Source of the DNA: Eledone cirrhosa
Lineage: Eukaryota
Assembly: GCA_964016885.1 (NCBI GenBank)
Contig: OZ024744.1
Span: 25,854,001-25,918,000, forward strand
Direction: 5' to 3'
Length of the DNA: 64,000 nucleotides
The notes beneath the pieces were generated by a model. The model searched no databases, was not told the origin of the DNA, and worked only from the letters and a program-made list of their open reading frames with translations. Of the stretch, positions 39,943 through 54,419 are shown piece after piece. A program made the translations under genes and the position numbers. Numbering within the stretch: position 1 is the first letter of the stretch; each line of letters starts with the position of its first letter.

Positions 39943-40354
39943 TTGCCATTCTGAGTTTAAATCCCGCCGAGGTTAACTTTGCCTTTCATCCTTACGGGGC
40001 GATACAATAATGTACCAGTAATACACTGGGTAATTGCTGGCCTTGTGCCAAAAAAGTAGAAACAATTATATTATATTATATCATATTATATCACATTTTA
40101 TCATATTCTATTATGATATATTTCAATATTCAATTAAGTTAGACATTCTAAAAGTTTAAATAAAATAATAAGAATAATTGTTTCTACTTTAGGCACAAGG
40201 CCAGCAATTACTCAGTACATTACTGGTACTTTATTTTATCGACCCCGTAAGGATGAAAGGCAAAGTTAACCTCGGCGGGATTTGAACTCAGATCATAAAG
40301 GGACGTAACTCTATGCTCCAAAGCATGGTGTCCGACTCTCTACCGATACTGCCA
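39943..40354. mobile_element. Two SINE family 1 copies in inverted, tail-to-tail orientation (39943-40068 +, 40172-40354 -)
   Basis: Core CCCGCCGAGGTTAACTTTGCCTTTCATCCTTACGGGG and its exact reverse complement. Confidence 0.9.
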
Positions 40355-40399
40355 TGAATAACAATAATAATAATATCAATATTTAAAAAAGATTATATC

Positions 40400-42100
40400 C
40401 GCTCCTATCGATGAAAACTTAACGATTGTGTGATATTCACAATGTACTTGTTTATAGCAGGAACTCTTCTACACACAACAGCTGTTCAACAGAATTCTAC
40501 AAGTCAGTTGACCTTCAATAACTTCCAAAGTTTCCTTGGGCGCAGGGTCACCCTAGTTGCCACGAAAACTGTCAATCGACAGCACCTGACAATATTCCAG
40601 GTGCCAGTCACACAATCTTGATCTTCGTTTGATGCTTAACAGTAACTCTGTCAAAGAAATGAGCTGTGAGATAACATATCTGTTATACAGCAACTACACA
40701 TGCCCACCCACGATACTTCTGGACTATAGAATGCCTCCCTTAAAAAAATATGGCTTAATAAGAATAGAAGATATGATTTAGTTACTTGCTGTTGTGGCGC
40801 ACGGCTATACCCGGGCAGTAAGATATAATAGAGAGACGTATGCATTAAGTATCTCTGCGCGACCTTTCAGAGATAGCTTCATTATAGGCCTCCAAGACCG
40901 TTTGAAAGTTAGGCTTACCATACTGCCTGCTTCCTCGCCCCAGTCCCTTTTCAAATGGAGGTCCAGATGCAACCAGAACTCAATAGCTCTAACCGCTGTG
41001 TCTGAATAGGAAGCAACAACAAAATAACTGTGCAGTAAAGTAAAGTTGTCTCTTCAAATGATGAGTTGCTGCAAACCCATCCACTTATCATAGTTAAGGA
41101 ATACTCCACTTACACTGTAATTCTTACAATTTCGTATTCCTTAAGTAGCGATCTGACTATTTAGGCTTCCTATGTGTCCGCTACCAAACCTGTGATGTTA
41201 TCTGAATATGCCGACACTGATCACTTTACTGGATATGTTAAAAAAGACACACTTAATAGACACACCAGTGTCTGATGAAATGGTTGTGATAGGTGGGCAT
41301 TTAGCAGTCTCCCCGATCAGATGACACATTACAATACAACAATACTACCCCTGATCACTGGACTAAAGCCAGCTGTGCACAGTTGACCGACTCTATCGAT
41401 TCAAAGAATTGATCCAAATTTACCAATCCGCCAATGAAAGACAGATCTAGATGCAATGTTTTCTACGATACACGAGGTAGAGATCATCGTATGTAGACTT
41501 GCTCGAGATCCCACATGTTTGAGTCTATGCAGCGTCTCTATCAGTGACAAGTGCCAATCTCTTGGCAAGAATCTTGACTATGTACTTAGCAGCGTTAAGG
41601 TTCCTGTAATTACCAATTACATCCCTTTTCAGAGCAGATAAACCTCAATATTTGTTGTAATAGACGTCTGCCAAAACAGGAATCAAGCAATCTACTATGT
41701 TACAATAGAATTGGTAGGATAGACCAATCAGGTTGGCAACTGACTTCTTATTCATAACGTGCGTTCGGTCAGAAACTAAAATTGGAATGTCATTTCCTCG
41801 GATAGGAGGCGTGATTTGAGGCAGAACTTATATAGGCATCGAAGACCGTCGTTTGCAATTTGCTTTCCTCCTGATTAGTTCGGCAAAGTCGTGTATATGC
41901 ACTAGGACTGTTCGATTGTTATGCACCTTAGTTCGTCGGTCAAAAATCGATTATTCCTAGTTACTGCGGCGTGTCATGGTCACTCGGGCTCATTGAATAA
42001 ATTTCATGTCTTAACTTATATCATTCAGCTTGAATAACGCAAGCTTCGTGTTTACGGTCGAAGAAATGAGCAAGTTCCATTCATATCGTCGCCAGTTCTT
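40400..42100 (-). mobile_element. Ancient, heavily decayed Tx1-family LINE (RT region)
   Basis: Hand translation of minus strand gives KGDVIGNYR, VKILAKRLALV, QTCGISSKSTYDDL, LVNLDQ, AGFSPVIRG, VSAYSDNIT, LSLKGR, colinear with 8100-8970. Confidence 0.8.
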
Positions 42101-42514
42101 TCATTCTTTTTCTGTCTTTTCTAATCAGCTTATAATTTACCCCCAACTATTAAATCCCCTACATCTTTACTACATCTTGTCGATTCTATTGTGGCTTTTG
42201 TTTTGATGTCCAATCCCCACCTGATGCTTATAAGTGCCTCAGTTAATGTCTACGTAACTAACTCTATCAGCTGAGCCTTGTAGGCTTTACACACAACAAA
42301 TGATGCCTTTGAGCTTCTAGTAACGGGGCCACTGTTATCCTATCTTCGTTGACCTTATAGATCACAAACAAATGTTAAACTGCCTATAGGCCTTTTTTAT
42401 CCGTTTTAACATCACCTCATTTCGAGCTGCTGACACGATGGACGCCATTTTGTTCAATTATGAAAATGTAAAAACTAAATTTTCGAAACAAAATATTTTA
42501 GAAATATATTCTAC

Positions 42515-42750
42515 CCATTTAGTCGTCTGAGAGTTGTATTCACAATCGTGAAGTTGCGAGTTCGATTCCCGGACCGAGTGATGTGTTGTCTATGAACAAG
42601 ACACTTTATTTCACTAGCTCTTTCTGCCAAGTGTTGCGCCCGGTAGACAGTATCAGCAATGGATAGACTAATGGGAATATTGATTCCTTGATCCGATTTC
42701 GCGAGTTCCACCACATCCGGGAAGCGAACGAAGTGTGGGATCTTGTCAAT
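42515..42750 (+). mobile_element. tRNA-derived SINE family 2
   Basis: TTCACAATCGTGAAGTTGCGAGTTCGATTCCCGGACCG B box, then CAAGACACTTTATTTCAC core. Confidence 0.8.
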
Positions 42751-43074
42751 CATTAAAAAAAGGAGGACACAATTTAAAAATCTTTCGGTTCTAACGATTT
42801 CTGTTGCACGCTTATGAAGACCCTTTATTTGCTGTAAAAACGAATCCTGCAGATATCGTAATCTAAATGTAAGCCAGGGTAGAAACAGCCTGGTTATGTT
42901 TAACGGACGAATAAATAAATTTGTTTAGTATACACAGAAATGTTAAATTATTTGTTTAATAACAGAGTGTGGTAGGTGGGCAGACGCGTTACTATGACGC
43001 CTGAACCATATTGTAATATTTCATTACAGCCTTCTTTATACGTTCTGCTTTCAAATCCCTTCCACGTTGATTTC

Positions 43075-43295
43075 ATAGGATCTATCGACTTTCGTCAAAT
43101 CGAACCGAGGACACAATGTTTTCGTCGGTCTTTCCAGTTGCTATTACTAACTATCGGTCGCAACTCCCGGTAGAAGGAGCAACGTGAAATAAAGTGTCTT
43201 GCTCAAAGACATAGTGCATCGCCCGGTCCAGGAATCGTACTCACAACCTCAAGATCGTGAATCCAATTCTCTAACCACTCAGCCACATGCCTTCA
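43075..43295 (-). mobile_element. tRNA-derived SINE family 2
   Basis: Close match to 59108-59320; GTGAAATAAAGTGTCTTGCTCAA...GGAATCG. Confidence 0.85.
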
Positions 43296-43512
43296 CTAAT
43301 TTCATAAGCAGCCAATTATGTTGATGAAACAACTGAAACACTCCTCGTCGAAATATGTGTTTTTCCATCATTTTTTGCCTCAAAGATCGCCTTTTTGTTT
43401 CATTTGGGTTACTATTGTAAGAACCGATGTATTCCTAAAATGTTCAACTTTTTCTCCTTGTGCCATGCACTAAACACTAGGCAGATATTTTTGTATAGCC
43501 TTTACCATGTTG

Positions 43513-43728
43513 GGCGGCAGAATCGGTAGAGCGTCAAACAACATGCTTTGTGGCATAGATTTACATCCCTTTTACGTTCTGAATTCAAATCCCGCCGAGG
43601 TTAGCTTTGCCTTTCATCCTTACGGGGTCGATAAATTAAAATACTAGTAATGCACTGGGGTCGATTTAATCGACTTCCCCTTCCCCCAACATAGTTAGCC
43701 TTGTGTCTCAATCAGAACCCATTATTAA
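43513..43728 (+). mobile_element. tRNA-derived SINE family 1
   Basis: GGCAGAATCGGTAGAGCG head, core, GCCTTGTGTC tail. Confidence 0.9.
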
Positions 43729-44019
43729 TTGGCATCGTTATCATTAAAATAAAATAGAATAAAATAAACTTTTATCTAAAATAAACATTTTACTCTTTAT
43801 TACCCCCCCCCCCCCTTTTCCTCTGTTTTGACCTGAAGACTAGATGCGCTCCGCCATGATATACACAAGACAACACATGACACGCAACGGTGCCACTACA
43901 ACTCCACCAGGAGTTACGACTCCACTACAAATACCGGAGAATACCGAAATCCGTTGTAAAACATTGCAAAATAACTGACAGAATCAAAGTTGGTTTTTGA
44001 GTTACTTTATATAATTTAT

Positions 44020-44200
44020 TTGTTGCTGTTGTTGTTGTTGTATCATGGTATGGTGATAGTGATGGTGGTGATGGTAGTGGTGAAGATAATGGTGGTGGTG
44101 TTGATGATAATGGTGGTGATGATAATGATTATAATAATGGCGATGATGATCGTAGTGATGATGGTGATGCTGAAGATCATGATGATGATGATGATGGTGG

Positions 44201-44237
<37 letters not shown>

Positions 44238-44440
44238 GATAATGATGATGATGATTATAATACTGGCTATGATGGTGGTGGTGATTTTGGTAGTGGTGAT
44301 GATGATAATGGTGATGATGGTGGTGATGATGATGATGATAATGGTGGTGGTGGTGATGATAATGATGATGGTGGTGATGATAATGATGGTGGTGGTGACG
44401 GTGATGGTGGTGGTGATGGTGATGGTGGTGGTGGTGATTT
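44020..44440. repeat. (GAT/GGT)n compound microsatellite
   Basis: Direct inspection. Confidence 0.95.
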
Positions 44441-44484
44441 CTTTTGTTGCTAGTTATGTTGATGAAAGGCAGCCAATTGTCACA

Positions 44485-44800
44485 TACGTTAGAACGTCGG
44501 ATAGAATACTTTATAGTATTCGTTCTCTGCTCTCCCAGTTCAAATCCTGCCGAGGTCAACTTTGCCTTTCGTCATTTCGAGGTCGATAAAAAAAGTACCA
44601 GTCAAGTACTGGGGTCAATTCTTCCTCTATATCTCTTTCTCATTTCCTCTCTCTCTCTCTCATTTTCTATCTTTCTCTGGAAGAAATCTGCTGTACACAG
44701 ACTTAGAGAGGGATGGGCTCCGCCAGGCTTAAAAATGCCCCAGAAACGCCGTATTTCAATATGGCGTCCCTACAACTTTATCAGGGTTACGGGACCATAG
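44485..44800 (+). mobile_element. SINE family 1, long-tail variant
   Basis: Core followed by (CT)n and CTGGAAGAAATCTGCTG...GCCCCAGAAACG...GGGACCA. Confidence 0.8.
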
Positions 44801-44804
44801 GAAA

Positions 44805-45372
44805 CAATGCTGATAATGTTGTTGCTGTTATTATTGTTGTTGTCAATATTGTTATTGAAGTTATTTTTGTTATTGATAATGACTATACTGTCAATACTGA
44901 TATTGTTGTTGTTGTTATATTTAGCTTTAATGGTGTTGTTGTTGTTGTTGTTGTCATTGTATTTAGCATTAATGTTGTTGTTGTTGTATTTAGCTTTAAT
45001 GCTGTTGTTGTTGTCATTGTATTTAGCATTAATGTTGTTGTTGTTATTGTTGCTGCTGCTGTTGTTGTTGTTGTTGTTGTTGCTGATGGTGCTGTTGTTA
45101 TTGTTGTTATTGTTGTTGGTGTAATCGTGGTTGTTGATGTTGTTGTTATTGATGTTGTTGTTGTTGACTTTATTACTGTCGTCGTCGTCGCCGTCGATGT
45201 TGCTGCTGTTGTTGTTGTTATCAATATTGTTGTTGCTGTTATGTTACAAAGAATTGTTTGTTTGTATTATTTGTTTCTGGCAGTTTCTCTGTCTTCATTC
45301 AATACAAACAAACAAACAATTCTTTGTAACATAACAAAACGACAACACTGATAACAACAACAACAACAGCAA

Positions 45373-45402
<30 letters not shown>
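44805..45402. repeat. (GTT)n block and facing (CAA)n block around a short inverted repeat
   Basis: TGTTATGTTACAAAGAATTGTTTGTTTG (about 45237) is the reverse complement of CAAACAAACAATTCTTTGTAACATAACA (about 45309). Confidence 0.85.
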
Positions 45403-45403
<1 letters not shown>

Positions 45404-45627
45404 TGAAAGAAAGTGCCATAAACAAAGACGCTCAATGAAATGCAAGAGAGAAGACGTTGTCAGAGGTTCGCTGTTACAGCGTTAATGGTGACAATTGAGA
45501 GAAAGTTTCCATAGTTAAGATGTCAAATTTTTCTGTAACATCGATGTTGTACATCGAACTATTGATCTACTGGTCAACGACATGTCATTAACGATAATCT
45601 GCATTGTTTACATGTCTCATATTTTAA

Positions 45628-47229
<1,602 letters not shown>

Positions 47230-47429
47230 ACTCTCACTTAAAGTTCTTAGTCGCTCAATTGTCCTTCGTTCTTTCTATTCTAGCGTTAGACACCCACATA
47301 CAGAAACACACCATACATTCACATACTCTTAAACATACTCATACATACCCACGCACACACACACATACACACACACACACACACTCACACACACATATAT
47401 ATATATATATATATAATATATATATATAT

Positions 47430-49050
47430 AGTAAGGTGTACTATTGGTTGTGTCATACGGTCCAATAAACTTTTGTTAGCAATATTAAGTTCTCCACGCT
47501 TTGTATATCTCCAATTCCATTTATGGGAACAGCTAGATGATGTAAAACGGAGTATGTGTATCAAAATAAAGATCCGAAGGCATGGTATACATTTCCAATC
47601 ATTTTAATCACGACCCATGTTTCAATAAGAGATAGATCGATCGTGCGGCCATGATCGATTATCACTGAACTCGTCAGGTGAAAATGAATTGTCTTCAAAT
47701 CCTTGATATGAGGGAGAAAATTTAACGATGTTCACTCACTAGAGTTTGGTCCCTCATATGAAGATTAAGCAGCCAAAACACGTCGTCTGCTATCGTCTTC
47801 AGTTAGGATCATAAATCTACCAAGTCTCTATCTCTCAATAGCTGTAAAATACGCTGGACGGGTCTAATCTCAACATCAAATCTTTAGAATTACAATCGGT
47901 CACAGTTAGTGTGAGTGAGTACACACACACTCACACACACCGACGCGAGGTCAAAGAAAAACATATATAAACAAACCAACATAGTATTCACCGAAAGTTA
48001 GTTTACAAAACAAATGTTATATTGGTCAAATCTCCATTTGACGATGTAAATTGGAGAAATTGGGTCAACCGCAACCCTATACACACGCAAGTAAATTCAA
48101 TTCCATGTTTTGCTATACTTGTATCGATTGAATTGTAAATAGTGTATGTTTTGGTATATACACATCCGTATCGTCTAAAAAAAGTGTATATTTTGGTATA
48201 TACACATCCATGTGAAGAGCAAGTAGTCAGCTCATATCGAACTCTGTATGTGCCGCTGTCCCATTGAGAATCTGAGTCTTCAAGTCTGTGCGTGCAAGCA
48301 ACCGCCGTGTAGGCCACTAAGGGGCTCTGTGTAGGGTTGGGTATTTGAGTTAAGCTGTCAGTATGTGCGTTTTCCCGTCATATGGGCGCTTGGGCTTTTA
48401 AGATGGGTGTTTGAGTGGTGGAGGTGTGTTACCCAACACAGAAATAAAATAAAATAAAATAAAAAAAGAATACCCCAAACCCCGAGGATGTGTGTAAGCC
48501 CATTAATGGTGTGTAAGTAATATTGTCCAATCAGTAACCGTGAGCACTCCATGGTTAGATGATCACGGATCAAATCCTAGTGTAGTGTTCAATTGATAAG
48601 ATCGTGACTAGTCATAAATGTGGGAACTCCGTGTCTAAGAAACCGGGTACTGTGTGTAGAATTATGTATAAAGAGCGTAATCGGTCTTAACTGAGTGTGT
48701 AATACGTCTAACTATTTACTAACTGAGATAACTCTATGGTTAGGTTATTCTAAAGTAATGGTGAGTGCGCGTAATCGGTCTTAACTGAGTGTGTAATTGT
48801 TCTAACTATTTACTAACTAGGTATTCTAAAATAATGGTAAATGTGCACTCAGCTGTGAGAACTCTGTGGAAACAAACCAAGTACCGTTTGTAAGTGCGCA
48901 AACGATCTTAGCTGTCTACTACCTGAGTGTGTGATTGTCTATATTTTGCTAATTGAGAGAAATATATGGCTAAGATAAAAAGGGAGGAGTTATTGGTAGG
49001 TTACTTTCCAAAAATCCTGCGGAAGGTTTTCGAGGTTCTATGTTGGCAGT

Positions 49051-49054
<4 letters not shown>
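47430..49054 (-). mobile_element. Probable 5'-truncated PLE (long 3'UTR with internal tandem duplications, HHR near the 3' end)
   Basis: Bounded by (TA)n; minus strand begins ENCQHRTSKTFRRIFGK*, similar to PLE C.H ends; ~95-bp duplications at 48675-48840; HHR at 47608-47681. Confidence 0.5.
47608..47681 (-). ncRNA. Type I HHR with extended stem II
   Basis: Minus strand TCAC-CTGACGA...ATCGATC/GATCGAT...GAAA-C-atgg-GTC-GTGA; base of stem II pairs poorly. Confidence 0.65.
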
Positions 49055-49087
<33 letters not shown>

Positions 49088-49130
49088 GATGCATGCATGT
49101 ATGTATGTATTTGTATACTATATATATATG

Positions 49131-49391
49131 GGAAAATGTTTGACGCCGACGGCAGAGCTCAAGCCGTTTGGACGGCTATTTCTGGACTGAAATAGCCGAC
49201 AAAACGGCTTGAGCTCTGCCGTCGGGGTCAAACATTTTCCTATTACCCACTCTACTACCCTAAGTATTGAGTACTCTGGTGCGTTATGGCCCATCTGGTT
49301 CCTTACCACACCTCCTTCATTATATATATATATAATGAAGGAGGTGTGGTAAGGAACCAGATGGACCATAACGCACCAGAGTACTCAATAC
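49131..49391. repeat. Two consecutive hairpins of PLE tail family A (49131-49240 and 49263-49391)
   Basis: First is centred on HHR stem II, second on a (TA)n tract. Confidence 0.9.
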
Positions 49392-49754
49392 CGCTGCACA
49401 TGCGGATCAAGGGGCACACTAACACCAGGGCCTCGTCTTTCCGGAAACACATAGCCAAATGCGGAAACAAAGATGGAAGGCCCATTGTCAAAATTCTAGC
49501 GACAGAAAGAAACGTCGGCACATTAAGAATCAAGGAAGCACTTTGGATCAAACGCCTAGGGCCACAAATAAACAACCGATCCGAGAGAAGCGAAATGAGG
49601 TGGTTGGTTTAAGTAAACAAACGATGCAGCAATACCGCACACACACACACACACACACACACAGTAGCATTCCACCATACGAGAATACTACACTGCCAAT
49701 ACAGACGAACGAGGCAACAACACACGCACACACACACTCAAGCGATACAACAAC

Positions 49755-49793
<39 letters not shown>

Positions 49794-50240
49794 CATTCAC
49801 CAAACAGGTAGAGAATACTATGGACTGACAGCTAACGCCACCCCACTCCCACAATTGAAAGAACTATTTCGGCCGCCGACCTCCGCTTGACCGACCACAT
49901 TTCACGCGCACGCGCGCTCTGCTGAATACCTCAGATATTCAAAACAACGAACAGCGGAGGACACGTTTCGCACCTTTCCGACAGTAACCCTCCCCCCCCC
50001 CCCCGGAAAAAACCCCACTTGATGGATGTGAATCCGAAATATATAGGAACAGTTAAATCTCGTGTTATTATTTTTATCCTTTACGCTCTTTCCTACATTC
50101 TTCTACACGCTACATTCTTATACACGCTACACATCTCAACATACACTCACTTACATCTCTCTCTCCACCACCGGATCTTGTTACCCGGAGATTTACCCAT
50201 CTGCATTGTCGAGGCTTCCAAAACGACTTAAAGAAATATT

Positions 50241-50242
<2 letters not shown>
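49392..50242 (+). mobile_element. 5'-truncated PLE: C-terminal half of GIY-YIG plus 3'UTR
   Basis: LHMRIKGH...FRKHIAKC...KILATE...LRIKEALWIKRLGPQINNRSE; decayed HHR-like GGAT-gtga-ATCC-GAAATATATA at about 50015-50046. Confidence 0.8.
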
Positions 50243-50284
<42 letters not shown>

Positions 50285-50689
50285 TAAAATAACAGATTAA
50301 AGTTTAAGAAAAGAATCGCTGCTTTCACCCTTACAGTTATATATTTGATATATATTTATCCTTATCGAGCCCTCTTTGGGTTTTAGTCATCAAATTTATT
50401 ATTATTACTATATATATATATATAGTCCCGTAATTCCTGATAGAGTCGTAGGGGCGAACCTCACTAAGTTTACTTGTTGAGGATGGTGATTTTGGACACC
50501 CTGCAGGACAAAATAGAAAACCTGCCAACGGGCGGAAGAAATCATAAGAGTCAACGATCATCCAAAAGTGTGTAAATATGTATATACACATGTACATATA
50601 TACGTATATACATGTATGTATATACATGTGTGTATGTCTATTTATATGCGCCGTGACATAGAAATAGTTAGTCTGGATACCCGGTCGCG

Positions 50690-51232
50690 CAGTTAAACCA
50701 CTGGGAGTGAAGGACCCCCTAGCCTTTGTCAGGGCATTCTTGTTGCACATTCTCTGCCACACTCCCTACACCTTTTCAGATCATGCTGTTCATAATCTAC
50801 ATGAGGTCTACTGATATGACTTTTTTCATGTCCAATCAAACCAGCTTTACTCAGGTATACTCGACCACCGTGCTGGCAAACCAGATGATGCTCAACAGCA
50901 GGCAGTTCAGAACAGTCTCTTTTCTTCATCTTCTTTTTCAGTGTTAGGTGTTCTCTTCAACAAATTTCAAACTGTCCACTACCTGACTTGATCAAACGTC
51001 TCCACCTCTCACTATCCTCAGCCATTTTCTCCCAATCGTCAGATGAAATTCCAGCGAAAGCTAAGGTGCCCCTGACACAGTCATGGCACCGCATTTTTGG
51101 TTTGTATGGTGGTCATCTTTCTTTACACAGTTCACCGTAGATGAGTTGCTTTGGAATACGATCATCAGACATCCGGACAACGTGATCGCACCACTTCAAC
51201 CGATGCCGAAAGATCATGCTCTCTATACTGAA
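50690..51232 (-). mobile_element. RTE LINE 3' fragment, same family as 59965-61213
   Basis: KRDCSELPAVEHHLVCQH shared between copies. Confidence 0.88.
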
Positions 51233-51354
51233 GCACAAAATGCAAAAATATTCAATGATGAACCATCATACATACATGCATGCATGTATGTATACATACA
51301 TACATGCATGCATGTATGTAGACATACATATATGCATACATACACATATACATA

Positions 51355-52170
51355 GAGATAGGAATGCAGGCAAAACACCTGCTGAATGTGCAGAATTAAC
51401 ATAGAAGATGTCACCCATGTCATCAGCAGCTGTTCAAAGATGTCATCACAGTACTATCTACCTATGAGGCATGATGTAGTGGCTAAAACACTGTACAATG
51501 CAATCAGTAGAAAAGATAGCCCCGATAATAAACACATTAAAAGCTACAGCAATGTGGAAGACATACATATACATAATATGAAAGAGTACTGGTGGAATGC
51601 AGGCATAACAAACCAGATATTATGATATGGGACAGGGAGAAGAAAACATGCACAGTAGTGTAAATTAGCTGCCCAGCAGATGCCAATATAATATCAAAGA
51701 TTAGTGAAAAGAAGAATATTTATGCAGAACTAATGAGAAATCTGCAGATACTCCATCCTTACTATACCTTCAGATTTATGCCTGTGATTATTGGGGCACT
51801 GGGATATGTTAGTAACTGTCTCAATACAAATCTTGAGAAGCTGGGCTTCACAGGAACAGAAAGAACAAAACTAGTTAGGAAATTACAAGGACAATCCATT
51901 AATGGAACAGTAAAATTATGTAAAACATTCCAAAAATGTTGATTCTAATCACTCCATGTACACAACAGATACAAAGCATATACACATGCACACATACAAC
52001 TCAAAACATCCACATCCACGCATTCAATAATATCCATATCTACACACACATGCTTACATACATATCTACCTAGTTGATGTTGTGTAAATTCCAATGAGAG
52101 AGTCTCGTGTCTATGTTAGAAACCGACTCTCTCTCTATTGGTAAAACTTTGTGAAATTATAAAACCAGAA
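51355..52170 (+). mobile_element. R4/Dong-like LINE 3' fragment
   Basis: CRINIEDVTHVISSC...YLPMRHDVVAK CCHC region; MPVIIGALG. Confidence 0.85.
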
Positions 52171-52334
52171 GAACATACAACATACATACATATGTACATA
52201 TATACATACATACACACACATACATACCTACATACATACATACACACACACACATACATACATACATACAATCATACATACATACGTATATATATATATA
52301 TATATATATATACATACTTACATACAACATATAT

Positions 52335-52800
52335 GAGTAACCAGGAATATAATACCCGAATAAGAAAAATATGGTCTGCGGAATTCTCTGCGCAGAATAA
52401 ATCAGTAGCCCTGAAGGTGTGTTTGCTGTGCCTTCACAGACACCAATATGTGGGCGTCTTGACTGAAAGCTAAAAGCGAGAGAAATTCTAAACAGCATCG
52501 GGGGTTTCCACATCAACAGTGTCAAAGACCACCTCTATATGAAACGTAAATACGGAGCTAGAGGCTTAACATTAGTTCAAACAGCATTCGAATGTCGTAT
52601 CCTATCCCTTTGACAATAGCCACAAACCACCATGCGTAGAAGCCCATCTTTAGAACAAATACATGAGTCAGAATTTACCAAAATTTCACAACCAGGGAAA
52701 TTGCACAGCAATACCTCAACGAATTCATGCAGAAAAAGCTGCATGCTTATGAGCAAAAAAAAAAAAAATAATGCATGGTTATGTTACCTGAAAGCTCCAA
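52335..52800 (+). mobile_element. R4-like LINE RT-thumb fragment, decayed
   Basis: EYNTRIRKIWSAEFSAQNK; FHINSVKDHLYMKRKYGARGL. Confidence 0.7.
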
Positions 52801-53069
52801 ATTGAGAGTAAGATAGATAAATAAAGTAGTATATTTTCGACCAACAACCGGCTAAATCCCCATTTGAGACTAGCCAAGCTCATGGGTATAATCCAACCAT
52901 CTTGTTCGGGGTATATCCCTGGGTCTCCTGCCCGTTGATTTTGCCTGTCCTGTGATTCATTGTATGTTTCCTTAAAGCTTACCATCATTCCATTGGTATA
53001 CATATATTGGACAATTTACAATATAAAAATATATATATATATATAAATAATTTTAAAAGCCATACAATT

Positions 53070-53278
53070 CATTAGAAATGTAAAGGTGCCAAGAAAACGA
53101 TAGAATCTTACCTTAGCAAATTTTAAAAAAAACATTATCAAGGGAGTCCTTTGAAGGTCTTAAAGGGTCGGCCGGAGATAAGTTGGATAATGGGTATTTA
53201 AACCCGAAAATATTTGTGATAATTAAATTTGATAAGGTAAGATTCTATCGTTATCTAGGCACTTATAATTTTCTAATG
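53070..53278. repeat. Diverged ~55-bp inverted repeats around a decayed HHR-like motif
   Basis: 53070-53123 vs 53223-53278; GGGT-atttaa-ACCC-GAAA inside. Confidence 0.7.
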
Positions 53279-53380
53279 CTATATATATATATATAATTGA
53301 GATAAGCGGAACAAGTAAAATTCAAACAACCTTTCAAAATAAATTCAAAAAATATAATTTAAATATTTACCTATCCATAT

Positions 53381-53455
53381 TGCTTCTACAGACGGTTTCG
53401 CCTCACAAAAAGATTGGAAGGACTTCCAATAGAAAATTCGGCTCTTCAGAAAGCA
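53381..53455 (-). ncRNA. Type I HHR, relative of the 17692/18158 family
   Basis: Minus strand TGCTTT-CTGAAGA-GCC...ATTGGAAG/CTTCCAAT...GGC-GAAA-C-cgtct-GTA-GAAGCA; downstream sequence homologous to 17328-17402. Confidence 0.8.
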
Positions 53456-53833
53456 TTTTCCCTTACATATGTATAGCTATGTGTATATGTATGTGTGTAT
53501 GTATGTATGTGCTTGTATGTACGTATGTATATGTGTATGTATGTGTGTGACTATATGTATATGTGTGTGTGTGAAATAACTTGTGTTTTGAGATGTCTCG
53601 ACAACAAAAAACATCTCTCATCAAAAGGACACACTAATATTATAAATATAATTCCGCGTGTATTTATTTTTACCCCCTAACCTTACGTTCTGCATCAGTG
53701 TGTATATTTTTTCTGTTATTTTATTTTATTTTATATATTTCTTACCTTTATTTTATTTTATTTCAGCCTCGCTTTCAATTGTAATAGCCTTTGTTTTTAT
53801 TTTCATATCTTACGTCCATGTTAAATGTTTATT

Positions 53834-53892
53834 CTGATGAGCGATTTCAGACGTCTCTGTTGAGCTCGTCTGTCTTCGTGAAACCTTTGGTA
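53834..53892 (+). ncRNA. Type I HHR core, weak stem I
   Basis: CTGATGA-GCGA...CAGACG/CGTCTG...TCGT-GAAA-CC-ttt-GG-TA. Confidence 0.72.
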
Positions 53893-53954
53893 ATTGGAAT
53901 AATTGTCTTATGTTGTTTATTACATAATACACACACACACACACACACACACAT

Positions 53955-53996
<42 letters not shown>

Positions 53997-53999
<3 letters not shown>

Positions 54000-54392
54000 C
54001 TTGGGGAGGGTCATATTTGTGTAATAATATATAAACAGACTAAATAAAGATGGCGTAGGCATACAATACAACGGGAGGAAACATAATAGTACCACTGACG
54101 ATGTTGCAGATGTGCAACGAAAGAACTTTGTTAGACTATATATATGTGTTTGTGTCTATATTTTATCTGTATTTTTGACCGTTGGTCAGTCAATGGTAAC
54201 ATTGTGGACCGAATAAATTAAATTAACCGATATAAAAGACACAGAAGCGAAAACCAACCAAACAGTGAGTGTGTTTTGTTATTAATTCTGGCAATATTAT
54301 TACACAAATATGACCCTCCCCCAAGTATATCAATATTTGTTTCAACACACGATTTCATATCAAAATCCTCGCAAAACTAATTCATCGCCGTT
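53997..54392 (+). mobile_element. HHR element family B with inverted 3' copy at its 5' end, in (TA)n
   Basis: 53997-54030 is the reverse complement of 54294-54329; homologous to 16445-16892. Confidence 0.8.
54088..54137 (+). ncRNA. Minimal type I HHR
   Basis: CA-CTGACGA-T-GTTGCA-gatg-TGCAAC-GAAA-GAAC-TT-TG. Confidence 0.78.
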
Positions 54393-54419
54393 CGATATAT
54401 ATATATATATATATATATA

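Noticed and set aside
50428-50480. CTGATAGA...GGCGAA ribozyme-like motif
   Set aside because: Core spacing is off and no convincing cleavage triplet or stem I can be drawn.
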